Origin: Prasinococcaceae sp. CCMP 1430
Taxonomy: Eukaryota; Plantae; Prasinodermophyta
Length of the DNA stretch: 64,000 bases
Assembly (NCBI GenBank): GCA_013416795.1
Contig: RQSC01000001.1
Coordinates: forward strand, 338,213 to 402,212
Direction of reading: 5' to 3'
Shown here: positions 54,468-64,000 of the stretch, one piece after another
Layout: every line of letters begins with the position of its first letter
Numbering within the stretch: position 1 is the first letter of the stretch
Program-made: the position numbers and the translations under genes
The notes under the pieces: generated by a model
Databases searched by the model: none
Told to the model about the DNA's origin: nothing
Seen by the model: the letters and a program-made list of their open reading frames with translations, nothing else

Positions 54468-56049
54468 ATGCTGAGCAACCTAGCGGCGCGCGCGATGGCA
54501 CTCGCGTGCGGCAGCAGCCCGAGCGCGGCCGATGGTGGCTCAGCGCGCGACGAATTGAGAGCACAGATGGTGGGCGAGGAGCGCGGGGCATCACCGGGCG
54601 CCGCGGAGCCGCAACACACAGAGCACAATCCCACCGCTTCCCCAGCACTAGCCAGCGCGGGGCCGGCGGAGCTCCCGGCCGCGCCTGCTGCGGCGGGTGC
54701 GACGCCCATCGAATCCGCGGGCGGCGGGGACGGCAAAGAGGTATCTCCAGGGGTGGCGGCACCGAAACGCATCTGCGTGAAGTGGTCCGATGAAGATGTC
54801 GAGAAGCTCTTGTCGGGGATCGAGAAGTACGGCATTGGTCGCTGGGGCGACATCGTGAATGAGTCGTTCTCGGACGCACCCCACCCGCGTGGCAAGAACA
54901 ACATAATGATGAAATGGCGCAACATGTGCGAGGCGGTTGTCAGGACCAGATACAACACGATGGGCGTCGACTCGTTCAACACGAGTAGCATGTCAGCACT
55001 GGAGCAGGCGGAGGTGGTCCGCTGCGTGCGGGCGTACCTGCGGGGACGCAAGGGCGATGGTGGCGAGGACAAAGACGAGGATCTCAGCAAAGCGGCCGAA
55101 CCGGCGGCCACCGAGATCTTACAGGTGAAGCCAAAAGCGGCAAAGGCGCAAACATCGGGCCGCTATGGCCCAGGCACGGGGCGGAAGCGCGGGTTCGTCC
55201 ACGGGCTAGACGCGCTCCTTGCGGCGCTCGCTGGGACCGAACCCGATCCCGAACTTCTCTCCGGTGGCAACAAGCCCTGCGGCATGGTGGCCACCGACGC
55301 CTCGGAGGAGAGGGACAAGGGGAAGAAGCGCATCTTGGTAGCCTGGGATGATGCGGAGACGAGCGCGCTGCGGCAGTGCGTGAATCGATACGCCTTCACG
55401 GATGAAACAGGTGATCGAAAGGTGGCGTGGGCCAAGATTCTCAAAGACAAGGTGCGTGCCCCCGCGTGCTTCGCTCTCCATGCGCGGCGCGGCCGGCTTA
55501 ACGGTTGCGTGACGTGCTCATGAGATTCCGCAAGCGCGCTGCTGTCTATGTGACTAATGCATCGTCATTTCGTGGTCTCCACAGGAATTTGAGGGGGTGT
55601 TCAAGCCCACACGCACAGGCAACACGTGCGCGCTGAAGTGGGAAAACGAAGCAGCAGCCGCAAGGCTAACAATCGACGAGGTCCGCCTAGCACCGCGGCC
55701 TATGCTCGAGCGCATCATCTACGGGCGCGGGTGCAAGGAGGCGGAAGAAATAGCGGGCACAGTGTTGAAGGAACGCGCCATGGTGGCCTCAAATGTGACG
55801 CCGAAGCCCGAGCCTCGCGACAGCCCGACCTCGCCTCCGAGGGCGCAGATCCAGCCACAACTTCCAAGCGAGAACCCGCTGACCGAGGCCAGCTCGGTGC
55901 AACAGCTTGTCCTCGCGGCAATGCGACGCCAGAGCAAGAGCTCAGATGCTCCCACAGCCGGCCCCGCGGCCGCTGCCTCACCACCTCCGCAGGATTCCGA
56001 GCGAACCATCCTGCCGCCGCGGAAACGCATGCGCATCCAGGACATGTAG
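54468..56049 (+). CDS. Protein with two TRF-like (telobox-type) Myb domains
   Basis: KWSDEDVEKLLSGIEKYGIGRWGDI..KWRNM and WDDAETSALRQCVNRY..WAKILKDK|EFEGVFKPTRTGNTCALKW. Intron 55452-55584. Confidence 0.75.
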
Positions 56050-56312
56050 TTGCGCCGAACGGGCAGCTCACATGTCGCTTCCGGCCGCTCACACCTGCTT
56101 GCGGGCGCACAGCAAGCACTGCAGGAACGCGCCTCGACGCGCGGCAGCAAGAAGATGGACGCGGCGGATCGCAAACGTCGAAGGCATCGAACAATCTACG
56201 ACCCATCCGTACACCTATCCATTCATACTCACACAGCAATACCACATACGGCGAGGTACAGCTCGCGCACTACTGTAATTTACCCTTGGCATTACTGCTA
56301 TGGACCGCGCGC

Positions 56313-59253
56313 TTAGCGCCGTCGCCATATGCGCAGCACGTCACGATACAGTGGCCAGCTCGGTAGCGCCACAGTTTCCTGAAGCTCGAAGCGCTCTCGC
56401 ACGAGTGTCTGACATTCAGCAGAGAATGACTGACCTGACTCGGGCACCCCCTCCGCGTACGCACCGAGGGTCGAGTCGGCCCACTCGCCCACGAGCACGA
56501 GCGTGTCGCCGGTGTACCGTCGTACCGCCTCCAGCCCAAACGCGCCCATACCGCCGTAGTCAGGGTACATGAGCACGAGCGCCCTCCCATCAGCAAGATC
56601 AGTGTTGTCGAGGACCTCAGGACCGCCAAGCGCAACGGCACCGGACTCGAGTCCGGCAGCGCCGTCGGCCATCTCCGAGCCATCGGCATGCTCCTCGGCG
56701 CGCGCGGCACCATCACTAGTCGCGGCGTACTTCGAAACCCACTTGCCCGTATCGTATGCCTACACAACGGCGGTGCGCGCGCGTGCATTAGCAAGACGCG
56801 AAGCACAGATGCGCCACGAACACATGTACGCGCGTGCCAACATGCATCGGCTCGGCGCCATCCACGCACCTCAATGTCAACCCCGCGCTCTCTGAGCGCC
56901 TTCGCCCATAGTCCCGCCCCAGCGCCCAGTTCGATGAGTGGCCCGTGGGCAGCCGCCGCAGCGAGCGCAGCCTCGCAAGGCACGCTCCACGCTGCGCGTT
57001 GGCGAAGTGCTACGCACTCTGCGCCGATGGCGTTGAAGTCACGCAGGCCGTACGTGCCGCAAGTGATGTATTGCGCCGTGAACCACGAACCCCACAACGA
57101 CATCTTCTCCGCGTACTGGCGGAGGTATGCGCGAGCCATGCTGCTGCCACGGTCACTTTGTCCACTTCCATCTCCAATGCTCGCAGGCTCGCTCGCTCCC
57201 GTCGCAGCCACTTCGGCCATGTCATAGGGCGGTTTTGCGTTGGACTTATCACCATTGGGCAAGCGCCCCACAGTGTTGGTCATCCACAAGAAGGGCGCAC
57301 CAGCTGCGTCGAGCAACGCGATGTCACCTGTGGGCAGTGCGGCGTGTATTTTGCGGCTAAGAAGCGAGACAGCCTCGTCACAGCGCTCCACGCGCTCACG
57401 CTCGCCGAGCAGCTTCTGAATCCAAGGCGACTGTACGGACATGGACTGCGGGCATGCCCCGCGCTCGCCGTCGGTGGAGCGCAGCGCCAGGCGCCGCACG
57501 CCGCGCACGACACGGCGCATCTTTGTGCGCGTCTCACGCACAGCAGCAGCCAAGATGCGTTTTTCCCCAAGCCGGACCACGAGGGCCGCGCGCGCGCGTG
57601 CGGGGAGTGAGGCCTGCGCGTTCTTTCCACCGCTGGGAGTGTCGCTTTGGCCGAGGAGAGCCTCGTCCTGCGTGCGCGAGCGTGAGCAAAGGTGTCAGAG
57701 AGATTCGCATTGTGCTTGTAATCCACCACTTCGCGTACACACTCGCGCGGCACGCACATGCGCTCGCGCGTGCGCGAGCACGAGGGTCGCACCTCCTCAG
57801 CCGATGTGCCGTAGCTCGCCAGCACGCCCTCGAGCACCGACAGCACGGTGCCAAGTGCAGCGACCTCATCACGCGGTGGTAGAGCGCGCCTTTCAAAGGC
57901 GATATCACCTGCCGCGCGTGCGGCCGCCGAGTCCAGGGCGCCACCTGGCGCTGCCGACGCCAGCGCGCGAACGCGCGCCATGCCGAGCAGCCCCTCAGTC
58001 AGCGGTCTGCGCGCGTGCAACGTGTGCACCACCTCGAACTCGAGTGGCGGAGGCGGCTCGCCCCCGCCCTCGGCAGCCTCTTCAGCTGCCCGCGCGCGTG
58101 CCTCCCAGTCCTCGGCCGCTGGTGCGCGTAGCTCTCGCCAAGTCTTCGCACCTTCGGTACCGTCGCCACCGTCGAGCGCTGTCGCGTCAGGTGCTGCGCG
58201 CAGGGCCTCCAACTCATCGGCCGATGCAACCGGGAGGCCCATCACAAGCTCAACTGAGTCAAAACCATTGCCGGACTCACTCACACCACTCGCGTCTGAC
58301 GCGGTCGCCGCTTTCCCGCTCATGTGGTCCTGGCCGCCGTGCGTGACGAAGCCGTAGGATAGCAGCAGCTGGCGGTTGCTGTGCTGGCCGTATGAAATGT
58401 GGACCTGCTCGCCGGGGGCATAAGAGCGCGTAGCCACCGCGCGCAGCGCCTCTGTACCCGAGTCGTCACGCACGATGCGGTGTGAGTCACCCGCGCCCAC
58501 AAAAACGGAGTGGTTGAACAAGTCGAAGAAAGGCGCAAGCACAAGGAGCTTGCTTGCCACCGGCTGGCTACCGCTGTCACTGCCGGCGCCGGCGCTTCCG
58601 ACGGCGGCGAGCCCTGCAGATGGCTCGCGCGTGACCGTGGCTCCGCGGCTCCACAGGGTAGCGCGGGCCCATAGGTAAGCATCGAGCGGCTTGATAGCCT
58701 CCGCGGCCGTTGAGACGAGCGTCGGTGCATCGGCGCGCGTCGCGGCCGCCGCGAGTGTCGCAGCGAGCGCAGCATGCTCGCCGGCGAGCTCGTCACGCAA
58801 TCGCGGCGCCACCGCACGGGCGCTCGATGCTTGAAGCTCGGCTAGCTCCGCCTCGCTCCAGAAGAGCGGCGTGTCGACCGTTTCGGACAGCATCGCGGCA
58901 TGTTCACGCAAAGTCATGCCGCAGTACGGCACGACGTCTTTGAGGCCCTCAGCGCGCGCGGACGAACGTTCGGCGAGCATGTGCGCGGCGATGGCGTCGT
59001 GCTCTGCGAGTGCGTCGACGAGCTCCTTGCCGAGCACTCGAGCAGCGGTCTCCGCCGACCAGCACCGTTCGAGCGGAACTTCCAAAAGCGTTTCGCCCGC
59101 ATGCGCCCCGCCCGCGCCGGGCACGTCCAGCACGAGACCGTACCCCTCACCCCCGCCGAGCGCCTGCGCACGCACAATGGGCGCCCGCGGCGCCGAGAGG
59201 CCGTCAGCGGCGGTGCCAGCGGCGGCGGTGGCATCGACAGCCGAAGCCGCCAT
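56313..59253 (-). CDS. SET-domain (Rubisco LSMT-type) lysine methyltransferase fused in frame to a class I SAM-methyltransferase-like domain
   Basis: Exons 59253-57793, 57667-56870 and 56759-56313, all phase 0 GT-AG. SET: PFFDLFNHS, GEQVHISYG, LLLSYGF. The LSMT tail TSAEEDEALL..RLGEKRIL continues without a stop into AWSVP..LIELGAGAGLWAKAL..GVDIEAYD. Confidence 0.75.
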
Positions 59254-59852
59254 CGCCTCTGCGCCGCCGCCCCCAATCGCGCCCTCGCCTTGGGCCGACA
59301 CAAGGGCTTTGCGCGCCCAGCGGCCGTCCCTGCCCTTCGCCCGCAACGCCCTGACGGGGAAGGGAAGGGAAGGGGCGGGGGCGGGGGCGGAACGGACATT
59401 TCACGGCATACCCCCTTGGAGGGCGCGCGTATACGCACACATATCGATTCGACCAACTGTGACCGGGGTACCGGGGACGTTCTAGCATGCGACCAAGTCA
59501 GGTAAAGTCTAGGAGCGACGTGACTGGGTGGGGGGGGTCCGAGCACCGCACAGTGGCGCGCCACCGCCGCCAGCGCGGGCACCAGCCGCCGTGCGGTGCC
59601 GCCATGGCCGCAGCATTTCAGGGTTTACCCTAATCTACCCTCAAGAGCGGAATGAGAGCACCGCTCGGTACGAATACCATCTGATGGTACGTACGCAGGG
59701 GCTGCACGACGCTTCGTTCCATTTCAAACAACCCTAACCTCTGTGTGTGCAAAAATGTCTTACGTGCGTCGCACGAGGCGGGGCACGCCGCACGGCCGCG
59801 CTTTGAGGCGAGGCGCGCGGGGGCTCCGCGACGACGGGACCGGCCGCGCGGA

Positions 59853-61034
59853 TCAGAACTTGTAGACGTTGCTCACGTCCCAGCCGAGCTCCTTCAGGAT
59901 GCCTCCGAACTCGCCTTGTGAGCCCTTGGGGCCCTTAGGGCCCGCGACGGACGCCACCATGGGCGGCGGGCCGCATACCATGACGAGGTGGTTGTCCCCC
60001 GGCGCCGGCAGCTTGGCTGAGAGCATATCCTTCGTGAGGTAGCCCTCGCCGCCCTCCCAGCCCTCCGGCGCCTTGTCGAGCACGTAGTGCACGTCGATGA
60101 TCATGTGCGGGCGCCGCGCCTGCAGCGCATCGATCTCCTCGCGCATGAGGATGTCGTCCACAGTCTTGTTGCAATACACCAGGTTGACAACGGTTTTGTC
60201 GACGGGGTTCTTCACCATGTGCTCCATCATCTGCCACATGGGCGTAATGCCCGTGCCACCGGCGATCATGGTGATGTGGTCCTTGGTGCCAGACTTGTAC
60301 TTGTACTTCTGAATCGGCCCCTTGAGGTCGATCGTATCGCCGACGCTCATGTCGCAAAGGTACTTGGACACCTTGCCGTCCTTGTACGTCTTGACCACGA
60401 GCTCGAGCTCACCGTACTTGGTGTGCGTGCTCGTCGGCGTGTACGGGCGGATGGCGTAGCGCTGTTTGCCGTCCCGGCCAGGCTTGCCGTCTGGGGCCCT
60501 GGCCACAAGGCACGAGGCCGTGGTCAAGCCCGAGACGGCCTCCTCGTTGGGAAACGCGAAGGTCAGCCGGTACGAATCGTGCGTGAGCTGCTCTTTGCTC
60601 TTGAGTGCGAACGGCCGCCACTCTTCAGGAGAGAGTGCGCGCTCCGCGTCCACAAACCGCTCGTACTCGCTCATGCGCTCCTTCCAGCCGTAGCGCTCAA
60701 ACATGAAGTCGGAAAGCGCACCGCCCACGTACATGCCGCAGCCAACGCCGAGCAGGCTGAGCGCGGCCATGTGCGCCACCCCCAGTTCCGACGGGAGCAT
60801 GCCTTCTGGAAGCACCGACACCACCCGCTTGAGACCGTCGATGACACCGCGCCTGGCCGCGGTCATCGCATCGCTGACGAAGCCGCGCTGCTGCTGATGC
60901 CGCTGATACTGTGCAAACCTGCCCGAGAACGCCGGGGCATGCGCTGGCGCCCCCACCGCCGCCGCTGCCGTGGGTCGCGCCGCGCATCGCGCCGCTGCCG
61001 CACCGCAGCGGCGCGCCGCCTGGGCGAACGCCAT
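59853..61034 (-). CDS. NADH-cytochrome b5 reductase, mitochondrial type (MCR1/CBR2-like)
   Basis: IRPYTPTS, GKVSKYL, LKGP, MIAGGTGITPMWQ and VMVCGPPPM, with a mitochondrial-presequence-like N-terminus and a TM segment. Confidence 0.92.
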   Translation of the reverse strand: MAFAQAARRCGAAAARCAARPTAAAAVGAPAHAPAFSGRFAQYQRHQQQRGFVSDAMTAARRGVIDGLKRVVSVLPEGMLPSELGVAHMAALSLLGVGCGMYVGGALSDFMFERYGWKERMSEYERFVDAERALSPEEWRPFALKSKEQLTHDSYRLTFAFPNEEAVSGLTTASCLVARAPDGKPGRDGKQRYAIRPYTPTSTHTKYGELELVVKTYKDGKVSKYLCDMSVGDTIDLKGPIQKYKYKSGTKDHITMIAGGTGITPMWQMMEHMVKNPVDKTVVNLVYCNKTVDDILMREEIDALQARRPHMIIDVHYVLDKAPEGWEGGEGYLTKDMLSAKLPAPGDNHLVMVCGPPPMVASVAGPKGPKGSQGEFGGILKELGWDVSNVYKF

Positions 61035-61223
61035 TGCCGCTGCCCCCTCTCACTGCCCCCGCCGGCTCAGACGGAGGCTTCCGCCACCGGCCTGCACCGC
61101 GCCCCCTCTGGCGCCCCTCCCCCCGAACGCTCGGAACGGCGCACCGCCCCGTCGCCGCCCCTTCCCGCCGCCTCCCTCCCTCACGCGCGCGCGCGCGCGC
61201 GCGGCCTGTCCCTCCTCCCGCCT

Positions 61224-61562
61224 NNNNNNNNNNNNNNNNNNNNNNNNNNNNNNNNNNNNNNNNNNNNNNNNNNNNNNNNNNNNNNNNNNNNNNNNNNNNN
61301 NNNNNNNNNNNNNNNNNNNNNNNNNNNNNNNNNNNNNNNNNNNNNNNNNNNNNNNNNNNNNNNNNNNNNNNNNNNNNNNNNNNNNNNNNNNNNNNNNNNN
61401 NNNNNNNNNNNNNNNNNNNNNNNNNNNNNNNNNNNNNNNNNNNNNNNNNNNNNNNNNNNNNNNNNNNNNNNNNNNNNNNNNNNNNNNNNNNNNNNNNNNN
61501 NNNNNNNNNNNNNNNNNNNNNNNNNNNNNNNNNNNNNNNNNNNNNNNNNNNNNNNNNNNNNN
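61224..61562. other. Assembly gap (N run)
   Basis: Run of N bases. Confidence 1.
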
Positions 61563-62291
61563 CGCGCTGCGGCGGGGGCGGCGCCCAGCGCCGGGCGCGT
61601 CGCGATCGCGCTCGGGGAGCCGCTCTTCGCGGGCGCGGACAGGCCTGCGCTGCTAGCGGCGCTGGCGGCAGCCGAGGCAGAGCTCGAGGCGGACGCGCTT
61701 GGGGGGCGGGGGGCGACAATAGCCGCAGAGCTCGGTGGGGCGATTACGCGGCAGCTCGACATGTTCGCTGCGCAGATCGAGGAGAGACAAGGGGGAGGCC
61801 AACGCCTGCAAGGCGAGCCGACGGCGACGCTGCGCGCACTCGGCCTCGCTGGCGCGTTTCCAAGAGCAGCGGCGGCGCTAGCGGGGGGGTCAGCTGCGGC
61901 GGTCGCGAGCGTCGGCCAGACGTCCGCGGCGCTCGATGCCCACCTCGCGTTCGTCTCGAGCTTCAGCAGCCTGATGCACCTGTGCAACCAGCTCGCGACC
62001 GACGCGCGGCGACCGTCGCAGCACAAGTACATCGCGCATCAACTCGCGCTGCTGTATCAGACGATCAACCAGGTGCGCGGCGAGCTGAAACCGTTCAAGC
62101 GGCAGGTGGAGGCGCGGTTCGACGACATCAAGGCGACCACGGAGTCGTCCACGGCGCCGCGTCTGTCCGAGGAGCAGGCGAGCTGGCTCGTGGCATTTTG
62201 CGGGGAGCTGCGCGTCGCGGCGTCGCGCATGCCGCCCACGCTGCGCGGGCAGGTACAACCCGTCGCGTCGATGCTTGCTGTGGGCTCTTGA
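61563..62291 (+). CDS. Uncharacterised alpha-helical protein, 5'-partial (start in gap)
   Basis: An open frame from the gap to TGA 62291 with coding-like composition, including HKYIAHQLALLYQTINQ..FKRQVEARFDDIK. Confidence 0.6.
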   Translation, partial: RAAAGAAPSAGRVAIALGEPLFAGADRPALLAALAAAEAELEADALGGRGATIAAELGGAITRQLDMFAAQIEERQGGGQRLQGEPTATLRALGLAGAFPRAAAALAGGSAAAVASVGQTSAALDAHLAFVSSFSSLMHLCNQLATDARRPSQHKYIAHQLALLYQTINQVRGELKPFKRQVEARFDDIKATTESSTAPRLSEEQASWLVAFCGELRVAASRMPPTLRGQVQPVASMLAVGS

Positions 62292-62468
62292 TCGGCCCGA
62301 ATGGCTCTCTTGCGGCCTCGAGCTCGCGCCACCAGGTAATATGTATCATAGTCTATTCACAGACCTTCTCCCGCGCGCTCTCGGTGGCCACGCTGCGCGC
62401 GCTCGTGGAGCCAGCGTGCTATAGCCTCACTGCATGAATATTATGCGCGCCAGTAGACTGCTGGCGCG

Positions 62469-63193
62469 TCACCCGTTTACTTGTCCATCGTCATTGAACA
62501 TGTGCTTGACCTTCGCCAACACCGAGTCCTTCGACGGGTCGTAGGGGTGCTCCTTCGACGGGATCTCCAGGATCGCGGGCACGGTCTTGTTGTACCTCTC
62601 GATAGTGTACCTGATATCGTCGGCGATATATTGCGAGATGAGCACGATGGCGACGTCCTCGCGCGTCGTAAAATCCTTGAACGCCTCCTCGATCTGCGCC
62701 GTAGAGGTTTTCTTGTCCACCACGAGGTAGTTGGACTGCCGGCGGTGGTCCACGTTGCCGACCCCTGCGAGCAGCATTCCAGTGACCGTGTCCTGCATGA
62801 CGCAACGCAAAAGGGGGACACGTGCGTGAGGCGGCGCGGCGACGTGCGTGCACAGCATCCCGGCGTGCCAGACGGGAGTTTCGCGACGCGCACATGGCGT
62901 CGCAGCACAGGAAGGTGCGACGCACACAGCCGGCGCGCACGCGGGATGGAGAGGCCACGTCCGCGACAACGCGCGCGTAGGCACCACGGTAGCGCAGGCC
63001 GTCGCCCCGCGCGGCACGAGGCGTCAGAGCGCGCCTCAAAGCAGGCGCCCTCAAGCTGTTGCACGAGGCCCGGGCCGTACGCGTATATGCGCCCAGGTGG
63101 CACACCCCGGCGCGGACACCGCGCCGCGCGCTCGCTCCCGCGCGCACGCACCTCGTCCGCAATGACTGCCAGCAGGTTCGGCGCCGCCGCCAT
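62469..63193 (-). CDS. VHA-F: V-type H+-ATPase subunit F
   Basis: LLAVIADE|DTVTGMLLAGVG, REDVAIVLISQ and VPAILEIPSKEHPYDPSKDS. Exons 63193-63152 and 62792-62469. Confidence 0.95.
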
Positions 63194-63688
63194 CGCCGCG
63201 GCGCGAGCAGTGGCGCCCAGTTTTACCCGCGCTACTCATAGAGACTTTCCGCACCCCCGCCGCTGCAGCGAGGCGCCATCGGCGAGGGGGGGCCAAAATT
63301 CAGCCATGTTCGGGTTTCGGGACTTTTTTTCAATGGCATTTGATGTACTGTACCGTAATATTTCAACCTTAACTCCGATCCACGGCCGGGCCGCGGACCG
63401 CGGAGCGAGCAAACGAAATTTCGGCTATGAACGAATACGTACATGTATAGACGGCATCAATACGACTTGAAATTATTTACCGCGGAATTACGTCAAAGAC
63501 GAAGTGCGCTGTGTGTGCGAATGGCGACTGAGAGACGCAGGGAGGGGGGGACGAGGGCGAGGGGGAGGGCGCCACTACAAGCTACTACTGTGCTCCTGCC
63601 CCTCCCCTGCCGGACGGAGCGCCGAGCCCAGGCAGCAGCCAGCCAGTACAGTACATCTGCCTCGGCGCGAAGGACCCCCCTACACCCG

Positions 63689-63790
63689 CCCACCCACCCA
63701 CCAACTCACCCACCAACTCACCCACCCACCAACCAACCCACCCACCAACTCACCCACCAACTCACCCACTCACCCACCAACCCACCCATC
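63689..63790. repeat. Degenerate tandem repeat of (CACC)n / CACCCACCAACT units
   Basis: Repeated cacccaccaact units seen directly. The complementary GGTT/GGGT low-complexity sequence also occurs at about 35485-35595. Confidence 0.8.
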
Positions 63791-64000
63791 CGCAGTATGC
63801 GCCGGCATGTCCGCGCGCACCGAACGCCCCCGCGAATTCGCGGGAAGCGTCGCGCACACCGCGATGCGATGCCCGTCGACGAGGCCCGGACCGGCTGCAC
63901 TCTGCTGCCTGGGGCGTGCACGCACGTGTGCACCGACCGACCGACCCAGGCCCGCGCGCAGGGTCGACCACGTGTCGCCCCCCCCCCCCCCCCCCCCCCC

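Noticed and set aside
63689-63790. CACC-type tandem repeat as a possible CRISPR-like or telomeric array
   Set aside because: No unique spacers and not the TTTAGGG unit. It is a simple degenerate microsatellite.
110-63971. Hundreds of long overlapping Ala/Arg/Gly/Pro-rich ORFs in the six-frame track
   Set aside because: These are shadow ORFs expected at this GC content. Many start at GTG/TTG/CTG and have no motifs.
1-64000. Transposons, introner-type repeated introns or endogenous viral genes
   Set aside because: I saw no transposase, reverse transcriptase, integrase or NCLDV core motifs. The introns share only short splice signals and (GC)n tracts, not extended identity.

Overview
This is a gene-dense, very GC-rich eukaryotic window with about 30 protein-coding loci and short spliceosomal introns (donors mostly GTGCG/GTGAG, branch points CTGAC/CTAAC, frequent (GC)n tracts). 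Several genes look plant-type: plastid-class PRPP synthetase, KELP-type DEK_C+PC4 coactivator, peroxisomal MFP2/AIM1, XRN3-type exoribonuclease, fibrillin and an RLK/Pelle kinase. Together with flagellar genes, this points to a green alga of prasinophyte grade (inference; the species cannot be determined). I saw no rRNA, tRNA, CRISPR array or clear mobile element. The strongest candidate for an undescribed system is the first gene (322-2118), a KELP-like protein combining DEK_C, a Z-alpha (Z-DNA/Z-RNA-binding) winged helix with the key N/Y/W residues intact, and two PC4 ssDNA-binding domains, in DNA full of Z-prone (CG)n/(GT)n tracts. Other notable items: an 89-aa ASDURF-like prefoldin gene head-to-head with its likely PAQosome partner WDR92; an FABP/iLBP-like protein (a family regarded as animal); a secreted IPT/TIG protein carrying phage-type beta repeats; a SET plus class I methyltransferase in-frame fusion; a non-RD Pelle kinase; a SAM-U-box-ankyrin ligase; and an eEF3-like ABCF. 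Several genes lack a start codon or are cut at GC-rich low-complexity junctions, probably from assembly collapse. All family calls come from recognising motifs by eye; no database searches were run.
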